A stretch of 64,000 nucleotides of DNA from NCBI RefSeq assembly GCF_004010195.1, contig NC_057735.1, forward strand, positions 18,134,056-18,198,055, written 5' to 3'. Below are positions 52,201 through 64,000 of the stretch, in pieces. The stretch is from Chiloscyllium plagiosum (taxonomy: Eukaryota). The position numbers and the translations under genes were made by a program. The notes below the pieces were generated by a model. It made no database searches and was not told the origin of the DNA. It worked only from the letters and a program-made list of their open reading frames with translations. Within the stretch, counting starts at the first letter, position 1; each line of letters opens with the position of its first letter.

Positions 52201-53443
52201 ATTCTGAATAGAAACAAATGAATTCAGCCTAAGGGTTAAAGAATGTTATCCTGTTAATTTGTGGCTGAACTTCAACCAGATAACTCTTCAGTGTATGTGC
52301 TTAAGATTTGTTCTGGGAGTCAAAGGTTATTGCCAAAAGTTGGTCAAGATCACAAATGGTAGTTTAAAGCAATTTTTTTTGGTTGTTTCATATTCCAGAA
52401 CTCAATCCATTACAGGATGGTTCCAGCAGAAAACCAAATAATGTGAAACTTTCTGACGATGCTGCTTGCACGCAGAAAGAACCTGTGCATGGAGGCTTTT
52501 TTTTAAATGTGAGAAGGTAATTGCACTCCAGCTGCCACAAAAGTCTGGCTGCCCACTTTTATCACTAGCCATAGGCATATTGGAAGAATTCGCAGGTTGG
52601 TAATCAACCTCTTTGGCTGTTATGACACACTTACTGTGGCTAACAAGATGGGACTTGAATCCAAAGCTTCAGGCTCTGAGGTGAGGTCTCTACAACTGCA
52701 TAAGAGACCTCCTGGAAACTGTATTGCATAAGTTAAATAGACAGGACAGTGTATTTGTTCCAGATTTGGTGATAGGACTGACTGGGAAAATAGTATCGGT
52801 CTCTTCTGTTCTCTTCTGTCTTCAGCGAACCCAAGTGTCAGGCAGAAACCTGACATGTGGGTCCACTTCAAAAAGCTCTCCTCTATTGAAATTGCATTCT
52901 ACTCTTGATTCAATTTATATACTTTACTTCCAAGTGGACTGGTGAGTGTGTTTGAATTCAAATGTCCAATTACTCATAAACAGGCAGACAAGGTGGACAG
53001 CTTTCTCTTACCCCTGACATCATCTTATAGCTTATATATTGTACGCACATCATATTCATTTGGTGAACAAAATATTCCATCTAATCAGGAATGTCGATAT
53101 GGAGACTGTGCTTGAAAGATATATGTCTCTTAGATAACATCCTTGTGAACAATGGACAATTGATTGTGTTGTCTCATTGTTATCTCCTGAACTGGGAACA
53201 GAGAAACTTTATTGCTAAGAAACTGCAGAATCTTTTAGAGCTATTTCTTGCAGTTTCTTTAATTTCAAAACTGTTCTCTGTTGTAACTATAGTATTAAAC
53301 TACCATACTCTCATGTATATATCTGCCCACTGTAATTTGCTGATTTTGAAATCTGCTTCTCGCACATTGTATTTAATACTGTATTACTTTTTCCAGGACT
53401 TTGGTTATTCACTAATACAGTTTTACCTAAATTTTCATGGTAG

Positions 53444-53737
<294 letters not shown>

Positions 53738-54349
53738 TAATTTATCACAGTAATAACCAAGGGTGTTATTCGTCAACGATAGATGTTTCCTGATGAGGAT
53801 ACTCATTTTTGTTAAAGTACTTGTCTCGCTGTAGTGATATAGTCCATTCTGCTGGTGCAGTATTATGATCCTTAAAGTGTTTTATTTATTATCCTGTGGT
53901 TTAGCACTAATTGTAGAACTTATATCATCATAGACCAAATACTTGCAGAAAATTACTGGTGATTTGAACCAACCACATTACTTATTTAAATCTACAGCAC
54001 TTGGAGCATGAACCTACTTTCTGTTTGCTTGTCTTTCCTGATGCAGTAAGTGCTGGTTTCATTAAATTTTTAAAAAATCATGGGATGTGGGCTTTGCTGG
54101 CTGACCAGCATTTATTGCCCATCTGTTGCCCCTGAGAAGGTGATGGTGAGCTGCCTGCTTGAACTGCTGCAACTCGTTTGCTGTAGATGGACCCACAATG
54201 ATATTAGGGAGGGAGTTCTAGGATTTGAAGGAATGTCAGTAGATTTCCAACTTTGGATGGTCAGTGGCTTGGAGGGGAATGTGTAGGTCTTAGTGTTCCC
54301 ATATATCTGCTGCCCTTGGCATTCTAGATGGTAGTGTTCATGGATTTGG

Positions 54350-54685
54350 GGCAGCATGATGGCACAGTGATTAGCATTGCTGCCTCACAGTGCAAGGAAC
54401 CTGGGTCTGCCTTTAGGTGACTGTCTGTGTGGAGTTTGCACATTCTCTTCATGTCTGCGTGAGCTTCTTTAGTGTGCTCCAGTTTCCTCCCACAGTCCAA
54501 AGATATGCAGGTTGGGTGGATTGGCCATGCTAAATTGTCCAGGGATGTTTAGACTAGGCTGGTCAAGGGGAATGCAGGGTTAAGGGGATAGGTGGCGGGG
54601 TGGGTCTTCGTGGGATGTTCTTCAGAGGATTGGTGTGAACTCGATGGGCCGAATGTCCTGGTTTCATACTGTAGGGATTCTATGA
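54350..54685 (+). mobile_element. Diverged HE1/V-SINE-type SINE nested in an older minus-strand LINE tail (54070-54755)
   Basis: GGCACAGTGATTAGCATTGCTGCCTCACAG head, TTCCTCCCACAGTCCAAAGAT core, GGGATTCTATGA tail. Confidence 0.85.
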
Positions 54686-55134
54686 CAGTGCTGTCTAAAG
54701 GGCTTCGGTGAATTTCTGCAGTACAACACATAGATGCTGCATGCTGCTGGTACTGAGCATTGTTTAACACTGAAGCTCATTGTCTGCTTTTTTTTCTGGC
54801 CCAGAATAATTTGGGACTTGGGGGTGGCCTGTGTGATTTTCCGTGCTCTCCCTGTGCATACCATTTGCATCAACAAAATAGATGTACTTGGAAGAAAGAA
54901 TGAAAGCAGAAGTTGCACTGAGATAGAAACGGGGAAAAAATGAAAGCTTAGGGTCAAAATCTAGATTAGAATGGATAATTTTTTAAATTATTGTATATAT
55001 CACTGCATTATCCTATTTCCAGCTTTATCCATATGACTGTATTCTGACTTTATATAAAATCTATAATATTGGATTTCCTTTAGGCATCTGTTTATGAATA
55101 TTAAAAACCTCAAATCTTCCTTTAAGCACACAAT

Positions 55135-55290
55135 TTGGAGATGTCGGTGTTGGACTGAGGTGTACAAAGTTAAAAATCACATAACACCAGGTTATGGTCC
55201 AACAGGTTTAATTGGAAGCACACTAGCTTTTGGAGCGCCGCTTCTACATAAACCTGTTGGTCTATAACCTGGTGTTGTGTGATTTTTAAC
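55135..55290. mobile_element. Fold-back mini-insertion of PLE pLTR (third family) with a 12-bp TSD
   Basis: Arms ~55168-55210 and ~55248-55290 are inverted; TAAGCACACAAT occurs at 55123-55134 and 55291-55302. Confidence 0.88.
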
Positions 55291-55505
55291 TAAGCACACA
55301 ATATTGTGTTTTATTCTAGTACCAGTCCAAAAATACTAGATTTATTAAATTTAATTGTATGATATATCATGATGAGATTTGAATTCACCACCAAAACGTT
55401 TACACTTTGCATCATTCTTCTTAAGATTTCCACTATCTTGAATGGGGATTTCAACTGAATTCTAAGTTCTAAGCATTGCATTTCTTTCTTTCCTAATCCC
55501 CTAGC

Positions 55506-56390
55506 TGTTGATGGTGAATCACTGTTTGGTGAAGTCTTTGCTATTAGGGGCTAGCGATGACTTTTTGTTTAATCTAAAGACTTGAATTTGAAATATGCTT
55601 TTAGGGTTTGTCGGAGAAATTTGCCCAGTAGGTTGGAGATCACAAAACAAAGCTCGAAGTGAAATTAACAAACAGTTTATTGCAAGCAATATCGCTGGAG
55701 GAGAAAACACTAGCTTACACAGAACTGACAGTCTGCACAGAGAATTTGATTTCTCCTCCCAGAGCTGAGGATGAGACCAGTTTTATAGTATTGCTGCACA
55801 ATGACACTGATTAAGAAATGGGAAAATACGATGTTTCTGAAAATGGAGTAATTTAGTTGTAAGGGTGCTAATTGGAAAACAGTTTATCGATGAATGTCCT
55901 GTTCCTTCTCACAATGCAACATCTTGACAGTATCATGGTTCCATTCATCTTCAAAGGTAGGTGTTAAAGTCAAGTGGTGAGGTGCTTCCATTGTCCTGTG
56001 GTGCCTGTCTGTCTGTTCTACTCTTTGTGTGGCTTTGCTGTTGCTGGGTTGTGAAACTGCTCTTAGGGTTTTGAGCTTCTTGTCATGTCCATGGGAGCTT
56101 GAAAGCATATTCCATTGTCTGCGTGCCATCTGATCCAGTTCGTGAGGTGCTCGGGAATTCTGGGTGTCCTGGTACAATTTGGCCAATTTGCTTTTGTGGG
56201 TCTGTCGTGGGTTAGCAAATCTTTTCCCACAAGGTTTGTGGATTATCCTGTTGTCCCTCTGGTCCTGTTAATGCTGTTCAAGAATAAGACTACAAATATA
56301 TCTCCATTCACTCTGATTCTTGCATGTCCCCACTTACAAATTTTGATTATTTTCACTATTAATTGATGGGGTGTTGCTGTTGGATCAGCA
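55506..56390 (-). mobile_element. Probable solo LTR (~885 bp)
   Basis: TGTTGAT...ATCAGCA inverted termini. Minus-strand TATAAAA (55781-55787) lies upstream of AATAAA (55676-55681), matching U3-R-U5 order. Confidence 0.6.
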
Positions 56391-56644
56391 CTGACCATTT
56401 GTATTTGCCCTCAAGAAGATGATGAGCCACCTTTTTGAACCACCACAGTCCATGGGTGTAAGCACAACCACAGTGCTTTTAAGAAAGGAGTTTCAGGATT
56501 TTGACCCAGCAGGAGTGAAGAAACAGCAAGCTAGTCATAATTCAGGATAATTTGTGGCTTAAAGAGTTTGGAGGTGACAGGGGCCCCAATCATCTGCCAT
56601 GCTGACTTGCTAGGTGGTAGAGGTCATGGTTTGGAAGGTGTTGA

Positions 56645-58400
56645 CCATAAGACCATATGAATAGGGAGTGAAAGCAGGCCAATCATCCATCAAGTCTGAT
56701 CTGTCATTCAATGTGCTTTTGGCTGATTTGATAAACCTCAACTTCACTTCTGTCATTTTCCTATAACATTTGATTCAGATACTGATCAAAGATCTGTCTA
56801 TCTCTGCTGTGAATATACTTAACAAAGAAGCCTCAACAGCCCTCTATGGTAAGGAATTCCATTTAGAAGAAATCCCTCCTCATTTTGACCTAACTGGGCA
56901 GCCTCTTAATTTATGCCCAGATTAGAGTGGTGCTGGAAACGCACAGCAGGTCAGGCAACATCTGAGGAGCAGGAAAATTGATGTTTTGGGCAGAAGCCCT
57001 TCATCAGGAATCAGGAATCAGGAACCCTTCATTCATTTCTGATGAAGGGCTTCTGACTGAAACGTTGATTTTCCTCTCCTCAGATGTTGCCTGACCTGCT
57101 GTGCATTTCCAGCACCACTCTAATCTTAACTCTAATCTCCAGCATCTGCAGTCCTCATTTTTGCTTAGTTGATCTTAGCTTATGTCCTCTGGTCCTAGAC
57201 TCTCCTGCAGTGGAAACAATTCTCCATCTGCCCTGTCAAACCCCCAAGAATGTATATATTTCAAGAATGGTGTATATATCACCTCTCATTCTTCTAAATT
57301 TCATACCCTGGGATCAACTGATGAACTTTCTCTGGGTATCTCTAGTGACCTTTGATAGGGGAATCAAAACTTTTCAGTGTTCTAGGTGCCTTGTATAGTT
57401 TTAGTAAAACTTCATTATTTTTCTACTCCATTCACTTAGAATTAAAGTCAAATATTCCATTGCCTTCCTTATAACTTGCTGAACTTATATGCCATTTTTT
57501 ATGATTTATGCACAAGGACTCCCAAATCGCTGTGCTACAGTTTTTGCAGTTTTTCTATTTAAATAATATTTGGCACTCGCTTCATCCTGCTAAAATGCAC
57601 AACCTCTCATTTTTTCACATTTATTCCATCTGCCAAGTTTTTACCCCTCTGGTTTAACCAGTCTATACTCCTTTGCGGACTCTTTATGCCATCCTTGTCA
57701 CTTGCCTTCTCATCTATTCTTGTTATATTCACAAACTTGGTAATGGTACATTCACTTTTCTCATCCAAATCATTAATATATATTAAAATAATTATGGATA
57801 CTACACTTATCCCTGTTATGCACCACTAGCCATCCCGAAATATCCCCTCTTATCCCAACTTTGTCTTCTGCTAGTTAGCCAATTCTCTCTCCATGCTGAT
57901 GTCAAACTCGCCACACCATGGCTCTAATTAAGTAGTCGAAAGGGAGGGAACTTATCAACCACCTTATTTTAATCCAAATATATGACGCCGTTTCGTCTTA
58001 ACACATCCTAGTTATAAACTCTTAAGAGAATTTCAATAAATTTATTAGGAATGATTTCCTCTTTTTGGATCCATGCTGAGTCTGATTATGCAATGTATTT
58101 CTGAAAGGTCTGTTCTTATATCCTTTATAATTGCCTCTAACATTTTTCCAATAACATGTATTTTAAGTTAACTGGCCTATATTTACCTGTTTGTTTTTGT
58201 CACTTCTTTCTGAAAAAAGGCATTATCTTCGTAGTTTTCCCATCCTCTTGCATTTTTCCAGAATCTAATGATGCTTGTAAAATTACTACCTATGCATCCA
58301 CTATCTTTATTGCTACTTTAATAACTCTGTTGCAACAAGTCTAAGGGATCTATTGACTTTTAGCTCCATTAATTTTCCAGCTACTTTTTCTCGAATGATA
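56645..58400 (-). mobile_element. Decayed CR1 LINE (RT to 3' end) interrupted by a fold-back insertion
   Basis: Tail CATAAGACCATATGAATAGG..., similarity to 30900-31680, and RT-region motifs to ~58380. Confidence 0.75.
56919..57179. mobile_element. Fold-back mini-insertion of two inverted PLE pLTR ends
   Basis: Arms 56919-57010 and 57035-57126 are inverted, with junction stutter (TCAGGAA)x3; flanked by TTATGCCC / TTATGTCC. Confidence 0.88.
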
Positions 58401-60443
58401 GTTACTTTTTTTATTTCCAGTCTTCTGTTTTTTTTTCAATTTTGATAACTCATGTCATTGATTTTTTTTAAACTTTGTTTCATTACCTCTGTAAACATAC
58501 CATTCAGTTTCATGAGCGTGTCCCATCATTCGGTTATAAAGGGGGTTGAACTGACTGGTCAGTCTCAAGTAGCATCTTACTACCTAGTATTAAGCAAGTT
58601 CAACAAGAACTAGAAACATATAACCATACAATGAGACTAAATTGGACTTTTGAATTGCATTTACAAACACTTTAAAACGAATCACTTCCTCTAAAACGCA
58701 ATTTTAAGGTCTTGATATGCTGTATAGACATATAGAAGTTCTATTTATTGTCGTTTCTCAATACCCATCGAAATATGAAGCAAGTGACTGGATTTGGCTA
58801 TCTTTAGTACGTTTTGCAAAGTTGAGAATGTAGTTTACATCTGTTCAAATTAATGCTGGACAGTACATATTTATATATGTACATGTTAAGGAATAAAAGC
58901 TTCAAGCAAAGTACATTGGGTGAGGTTAATTTTAATATTAATTATCCATAAACTATATTCACAAATAATAATGGAAAATTATCCTTCAAAAGTATCATAT
59001 GACAAAACTATCAATACTCACTGCTGTTACTCCAGTAAACCTGTTTGCAACTTTGGGAGTCACAGATGCAGAATAATAGAGAAGTCTAGATGTTTTGGAC
59101 AGTAATTCAACTTTTCTCCAAAGATCATACTATTCAAGTCCACTCAAAGTTTAGTCCTTAAGCATTCAGTTAATGACATGGAGGTGCCAGTGTTGGATTT
59201 GGGTGGATTCTCTCTACTTTGAGCCGGCAGTTTGTGATGTCGATAGTAGTCATTCAGTTATTCGACAGTGATTATTTGCATCATGTCGAATGTATTTGCA
59301 TTCAATTGATTGCACCTGCTTATGTCCCAACTCCAGAGTACCAAATGGAGATGAAACGGACTTGGGACCTGCCTGCTGAAGCACATTGGTTCCACACTTC
59401 TTTTCATTACATATAGAGAATAAAGGAAATGTGGATCTGAGGCCTTGTGCAACAAAAAGCAGGAACAACTTAGAAGTGGCTTGGTAGGTGTAAAAGCTAC
59501 CTACCCATCGGCTTTGAGGCTCGTGAAGAATGTGTTTTGGCATGCCCCACTTCAGGCAAGGCAGTTTCAATTTTCAGGAACAGGAATCCACAAATGGGCC
59601 CTATTTGTTGAACCACATTATTGCCATTCTCAACTATTGTCTGAAATGGGGACTGCTGAAGCTTTCTTTTTTCAAGTCTGGTAGTGATGGGAACAATTAC
59701 AACATTTAATAAGTGTTTAGATGAACAATGGACCTGAAACTATTTTTTTACAAATTTCTTTCAAATCATAAAATATGCTCTATGTATAGTCACTAGAGCA
59801 GTTCAGTTCTATACATTCTTTGCTTATTGAAAACAAACATTGGGGTTTGAGTTTCTGTATAGCTACAACAAACACAAAGGCACTTCGTAATTATGCAAAG
59901 TACTATTTACATGTATTTGAAGCATCGGGAGGATCCAATAACTGAACACACCCCCACTGTATTTTTGTAGAAAGATCTTAGATGTTAAATCTGCTTTCTC
60001 TGTACTAATGTTGCCAGATCTGCTGAGTTTTTCCAGTAATTTCTGTTTTTGTTCCATCTTTAATGAGCCCATATTACCCTTTAATGTTTTTCTAAAGTAA
60101 TTATGAAATTTGTTAACTTCTATAGCACTTGCAGATACTTCTGTTGTGGTTTTCTATTGTTTTCTGACTGGCCATTTAGATTGTTTTTCACTTTACCTTG
60201 CATTTTGTGCAAGCTTTTTCTTTAAGCTTAGTTTGTTATGTATATAATTGGTGGTGCTTCCCCTTTAAGACAGCTGTTCAGGTGATTAGAGGAGCAGAAC
60301 TTGCAGTCTAGAGAACTAGCTTTGGAGGTGTGAGTATCATGAGTAACAGGTGTGAGTAACAGGAAAGTGTTCCTGTTCTGATTTGCCATTTGTCTACCTG
60401 GCATATAGTTTCTGGTTCAAAAAGGAAGCACCATCATAATAAA

Positions 60444-60461
60444 TGGCGAGAAGAATGGGAT
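60444..60461 (+). other. Primer-binding site, tRNA-Ser(GCT)-like
   Basis: TGGCGAGAAGAATGGGAT versus the complement of the tRNA-Ser(GCT) 3' end, TGGCGACGAGGATGGGAT (15/18), 2 nt after the LTR end. Confidence 0.7.
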
Positions 60462-61350
60462 CCAGTTCACAAACTGTACGTAAACAGTCTTTTTTTTGTC
60501 CAGGGAGGACGTCATCCAGACTTTGGAAAAGGCGCAATATTAAGGATGTAACATTGCAGAAAAAAGTCGCGAGGAGGCTCATGTTGTGGGTAAATCCAGG
60601 AAAGAACGTATGCTAGCACAGCCAGTGAGGAAGCAGCCAAAATGGAGATGGTTCAGCAAGGGGACCCCAGTTGAAAATGGCTACTGGACTCAAGTGGCAG
60701 GAAAACTAAATGGCAGGCCAATTTGGAGTAGTGGGATCATTTGAAGAGTCAGAAAATGAACTTTACATGGAGCACTTCAGTTCCTTAAAGGTGAACAGAG
60801 GCTGAGGACGTGGTACTTGTTTTCTTAAGTATCTCTGAATCAAGACTTTTGCAATTTTAAGGAGTCTGCTACAGCCACAGAAACAGGCAGAGACGGCATT
60901 CCAAGAGCTATGCCAAGTGTTAGAAAATTATTTCACATGCAAGCCACTGATGATTGCAGAAGGTTTGTGCTTTTACAAATGGGTAGAGGACAAAGGAGAG
61001 TCCTTTAGCAAATTTGTGGCTACTTTCAAGAAGTTAGCAGGACATTGCAAATTCAGAGTGTTCCTCCAAGATGCATTGTGGGGCCTCAGAAATGAAGCCA
61101 TCCAATGGAAGCTTCTAACAAGGAGAAACCTGGATTTCAAGGCAGCTTTCGAAATTGCTGCCTTGATGGAGTTGGCTGCCAGGGAAGCGACCCAGTTGGC
61201 TGTCATCAACTGCTTGTGCCAAATAGTACAAACTCAGCAGAGTGCCATACCAATGTAGAATGCCATCCATGTGGCAAGAGTAGCCATAAGACTCGGAGCC
61301 CAGCACTGCACATGTAAGTCAGTGAGTCATATTGCCCAAAATTGCTGGGA

Positions 61351-61472
61351 GAAAGTGAGGACTGCAGATGCTGGAGATCAGAGCTGAAAATGTGTTGCTG
61401 GAAAAGCACAGCAGGTCTGGCAGCATCCAAGGAACAGGAGAATCGACGTTTCGGGCATAAGCCCTTCTTCAG
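61351..61472 (-). mobile_element. Solo PLE pLTR with intact hammerhead core, inserted in Gypsy gag with a 12-bp TSD
   Basis: AAATTGCTGGGA at 61339-61350 and 61473-61484; minus strand begins CTGAAGA-A-GGGC-TTAT-GCCC-GAAAC-GTC-GATT. Confidence 0.92.
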
Positions 61473-63099
61473 AAATTGCTGGGAACAAGCTAGAGGATGA
61501 GGCATAAAGTATGTGCCACCAACTAGGGAGTGGACAGAATCAGTGGGATCTGTGGAAGAGGCAGAAGGCCCAGGGTCAGCAGTCTATGTTAAATATGTAG
61601 TCAGTACAGGGTGAAACTGATCATTTCTGAATTCTATCCAAAGTAGAGGGAAGACATTGAAAATAGAAGTGGATAGGGGCACAGTAGTGTCCCTTCTTTC
61701 TGAATTGGTCTCTAGGGAGAAGTTAAAGGCACTGCCATTCATACCTGTCAAGATTATGCCACAGACATACACAGAACAAGTGGTGTCACTGAAAACCTAT
61801 GTATTGTTGAAAGTATAGTTAAGGGACCACGTGCAGAACTGCTACTTTATGTAGTAAAAGGTGACTATCCCACATTATTCAGATGTTCCTGGTTACAAAA
61901 ATTGAGGTTGAACTAGGGTGTGGGTAATAGACTGGCGGACTCAAAAATGAATTTGCAAGAAATCCTGGACAAGTACGAAGATGTCTTCAGTGGAATTCTT
62001 GGGAAAAGGGAAGGATTCAAAACTAAATTACAGTTGAAGCCCAAAGGCTTGACTTAGGAGCTTGAAGGTGCATCTGGTACCATATGTCATCCAGTCTAAT
62101 GTGAAGGTGGAACTAGAACGGCTGGTGAATCTGGGAGCATTGGAATCAGTAACCACCAGTGATTTAGGCCACTCCCATTATTCCAGCCTTAATGGGATGA
62201 TGAGGATTTGTGGTGACTTAAGGTCACAGTCAAGCCAGCCCTGAGTGTAGATCAATACCCCTTTGGACTCATATACTAAATCAGTGGACTGGCCAGGGAA
62301 AGAAATTTTCAACAATGGATCTGTTGCAGGCCAACCTCCAGATAGGGTCACACAGGTAGCTGCTGCTGACAATACTGACACGCGGCAGTTTTGATGGGAG
62401 GCTATCATGAAGGCCCCTAGACTCAAATGTGTCTGTACTGAGATTGTTCTTGACACTTGGAAATTACAAAGGTAAGTTTGTGTCTGATCTAGGACCTGTG
62501 CTAAAACCCCTGCATCAGTTGCTAGGAAAAGGGCGGCCATAGAAATGGATCCAGGCATGTGAGGTGGCTTACCGGGAGGTGAAGCAAGCCTTAAAATAAA
62601 AGTTGGAAGTGTTAATGCATTTCTACCTGAAGTTGCATTACAGTTAGCTTGTGAGGCCTCCCCTTATGGGTTTGGCACTGAGCTGTTGTGTATCTTACTA
62701 AATGGAGAGGAAAGGCACATTGCGTTTGCATCAAAGTCACTCTCCAAGATGGAGGAGAATAATGCTCGTTGAGAAATAAAAATTGTGTTGTGTTCAGCAT
62801 AAGGAAGTTTGCCGATTTCCTTTATGGCAAGCACCCCATGCTACTGACAGAACAGAAGTCGCTAACCTCCATTTTTGGCCCGTTGCTTGGGATGCATCAT
62901 TGGCAACAACACAACTGCAGAGATGGGCTCTGGCTCAGTCTACTCATATGAGATCAAATACTGACAGGTAAAGAAACATAGCAATGTAGATTGACCGTCA
63001 ACGCTGCCAGTACCAGGGAATGAAGGTGTTCCCAACTAGAATATGAAAATTATATACTTTGCCCAGGCTGACAGGCTGTCAGGGTCAACAAATCATCAG

Positions 63100-63246
63100 T
63101 AGAGGCTGGTTTTGAGCTGGTCTAGAGCTTGTGTCCAGTCTAGAATTGCCTGTGGAAATGTCAGCATTGTCAATAAAGTGTTCCTGCTCAAATTTACCAT
63201 TTGTCTACCTGGTATACCTGGTTTCAAAGGAAGCACCATCATGACA
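63100..63246 (+). mobile_element. Related LTR copy embedded between RNase H and integrase
   Basis: 63176-63246 aligns with LTR 60364-60441 (AAAGTGTTCCTG...CCATTTGTCTACCTGG...AAAGGAAGCACCATCAT.A.A), carries AATAAA and ends in ACA. The 5' boundary is uncertain. Confidence 0.75.
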
Positions 63247-64000
63247 TGATGCTTTTACTCATCTCATCTCATTTATTGACCACGGTGCTGGACTTATTCC
63301 TGAGAGGGAGGACCAGTTGTGAAAATTGCCCAGAATTACATCCTTCACTATCCAGGCGGTGGGAGTTATCCATATAGGACAGGTGTTTAATGTGGGGAAT
63401 GAGAGTTGTTACTCCTCTCCAATTAAGAGGAAAGGTGCTGGATCAAACGTACCAAGGCCACCGCAACACGGTGTTTCGAAGGCAATAGCTGGGAGGTATT
63501 TTTGGTGGCTGAATGTAGACTTGCAGATTGACAAGAAAGTGAGATCGTGTGAAGCCTGCACATTAGTTAGAAAGGCGCTGCCTTATCAACCCTTCACCCA
63601 TGGGAATGGCCTCAAACACTGTGGCAGCAAAATTTCATCAATTTCATGAGACCATTAGAGATGTTACTAGTGCTTGTGGATGCCCACTCAAAGTGGCTGA
63701 AGGTGCAGTCATGAAGTTGGTATCAGCTGAAACAATGATAGATTGGTTTGAAATGTTTTCCAGGTTCAGGAACCCTGAACAAGTTGAGTGACAATGGAGT
63801 TGGACATGCGAGTTTGGTTCCATATCACCTGGCAAGGAATAGCAAAGGAGAGAGAAATTTTCAAACCTTGAAGGCTTTACAAGGGAAGAGTTGCTTCAAC
63901 AGCAAATCAACAACTTCCTCACTATGTATATGAACATGACCTCATCTTCGCTGGTAACACTGTTGTTCAGCTATCAGCTGAGAGCCATGTCTGACTTGTT

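Larger units (their letters stand above)
60234..64000 (+). mobile_element. Decayed Ty3/Gypsy (Mag-like) LTR retrotransposon: 5' LTR, PBS, gag, protease, partial RT, RNase H, integrase; runs off the window
   Basis: LTR TGTTATG..60441 followed by a PBS. Gag KPLMIAE...GESFSKFVATFKKLAGHCKF...GLRNEAIQWKLL; CHPCGKSSH knuckle; EVDRGT protease remnant; CEASPYG/IAFASKSL RNase H; RYFWWLNVDLQIDKKVRSCEAC and HPWEWP integrase. Many stops and frameshifts. Confidence 0.9.

Noticed and set aside
52399-52516. Possible extra PFKFB2 exon (acceptor tttcatattccAG|AA, open frame ELNPLQDGSSRKPNNVKLSDDAACTQKEP...)
   Set aside because: The available donors (CCT|GTGCAT, AAT|GTGAGA, AG|GTAATT) give phase 0 or 2, not the phase 1 needed to join 53520, and there is no recognisable homology. 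It would need an indel in the T8 run or RNA evidence.

Overview
Vertebrate (shark-like) genomic DNA, AT-rich and repeat-rich, with three N gaps (1959-2165, 8271-8385, 48641-48964). The taxon is inferred from HE1/V-SINE-type SINEs plus CR1 and Penelope repeats. Two host genes lie head-to-head around a CpG island at about 40.7-41.3 kb. YOD1 (OTU1 deubiquitinase) is on the minus strand with two coding exons, 25354-25561 and 20986-21689, giving 303 aa and probably a very long 3' UTR. The 5' part of PFKFB2 is on the plus strand, with a candidate ATG exon at 41088-41109 and a clear kinase-domain exon at 53520-53645. A second CpG-rich promoter-like region with minus-strand splice donors sits at the window start. 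The rest is mostly transposon debris: CR1 LINEs, tRNA-derived SINEs, a decayed Mag-type Gypsy element, solo LTRs, a Tigger-like MITE and at least three families of Penelope-like elements (PLEs). The most striking non-genic signal is a set of minimal hammerhead-ribozyme motifs in the PLE pseudo-LTRs. Several tiny (120-260 bp), TSD-flanked fold-back or solo insertions consist almost entirely of this ribozyme-bearing terminus, and their breakpoints fall at the ribozyme. All of this was read by eye; no database search or folding computation was run.
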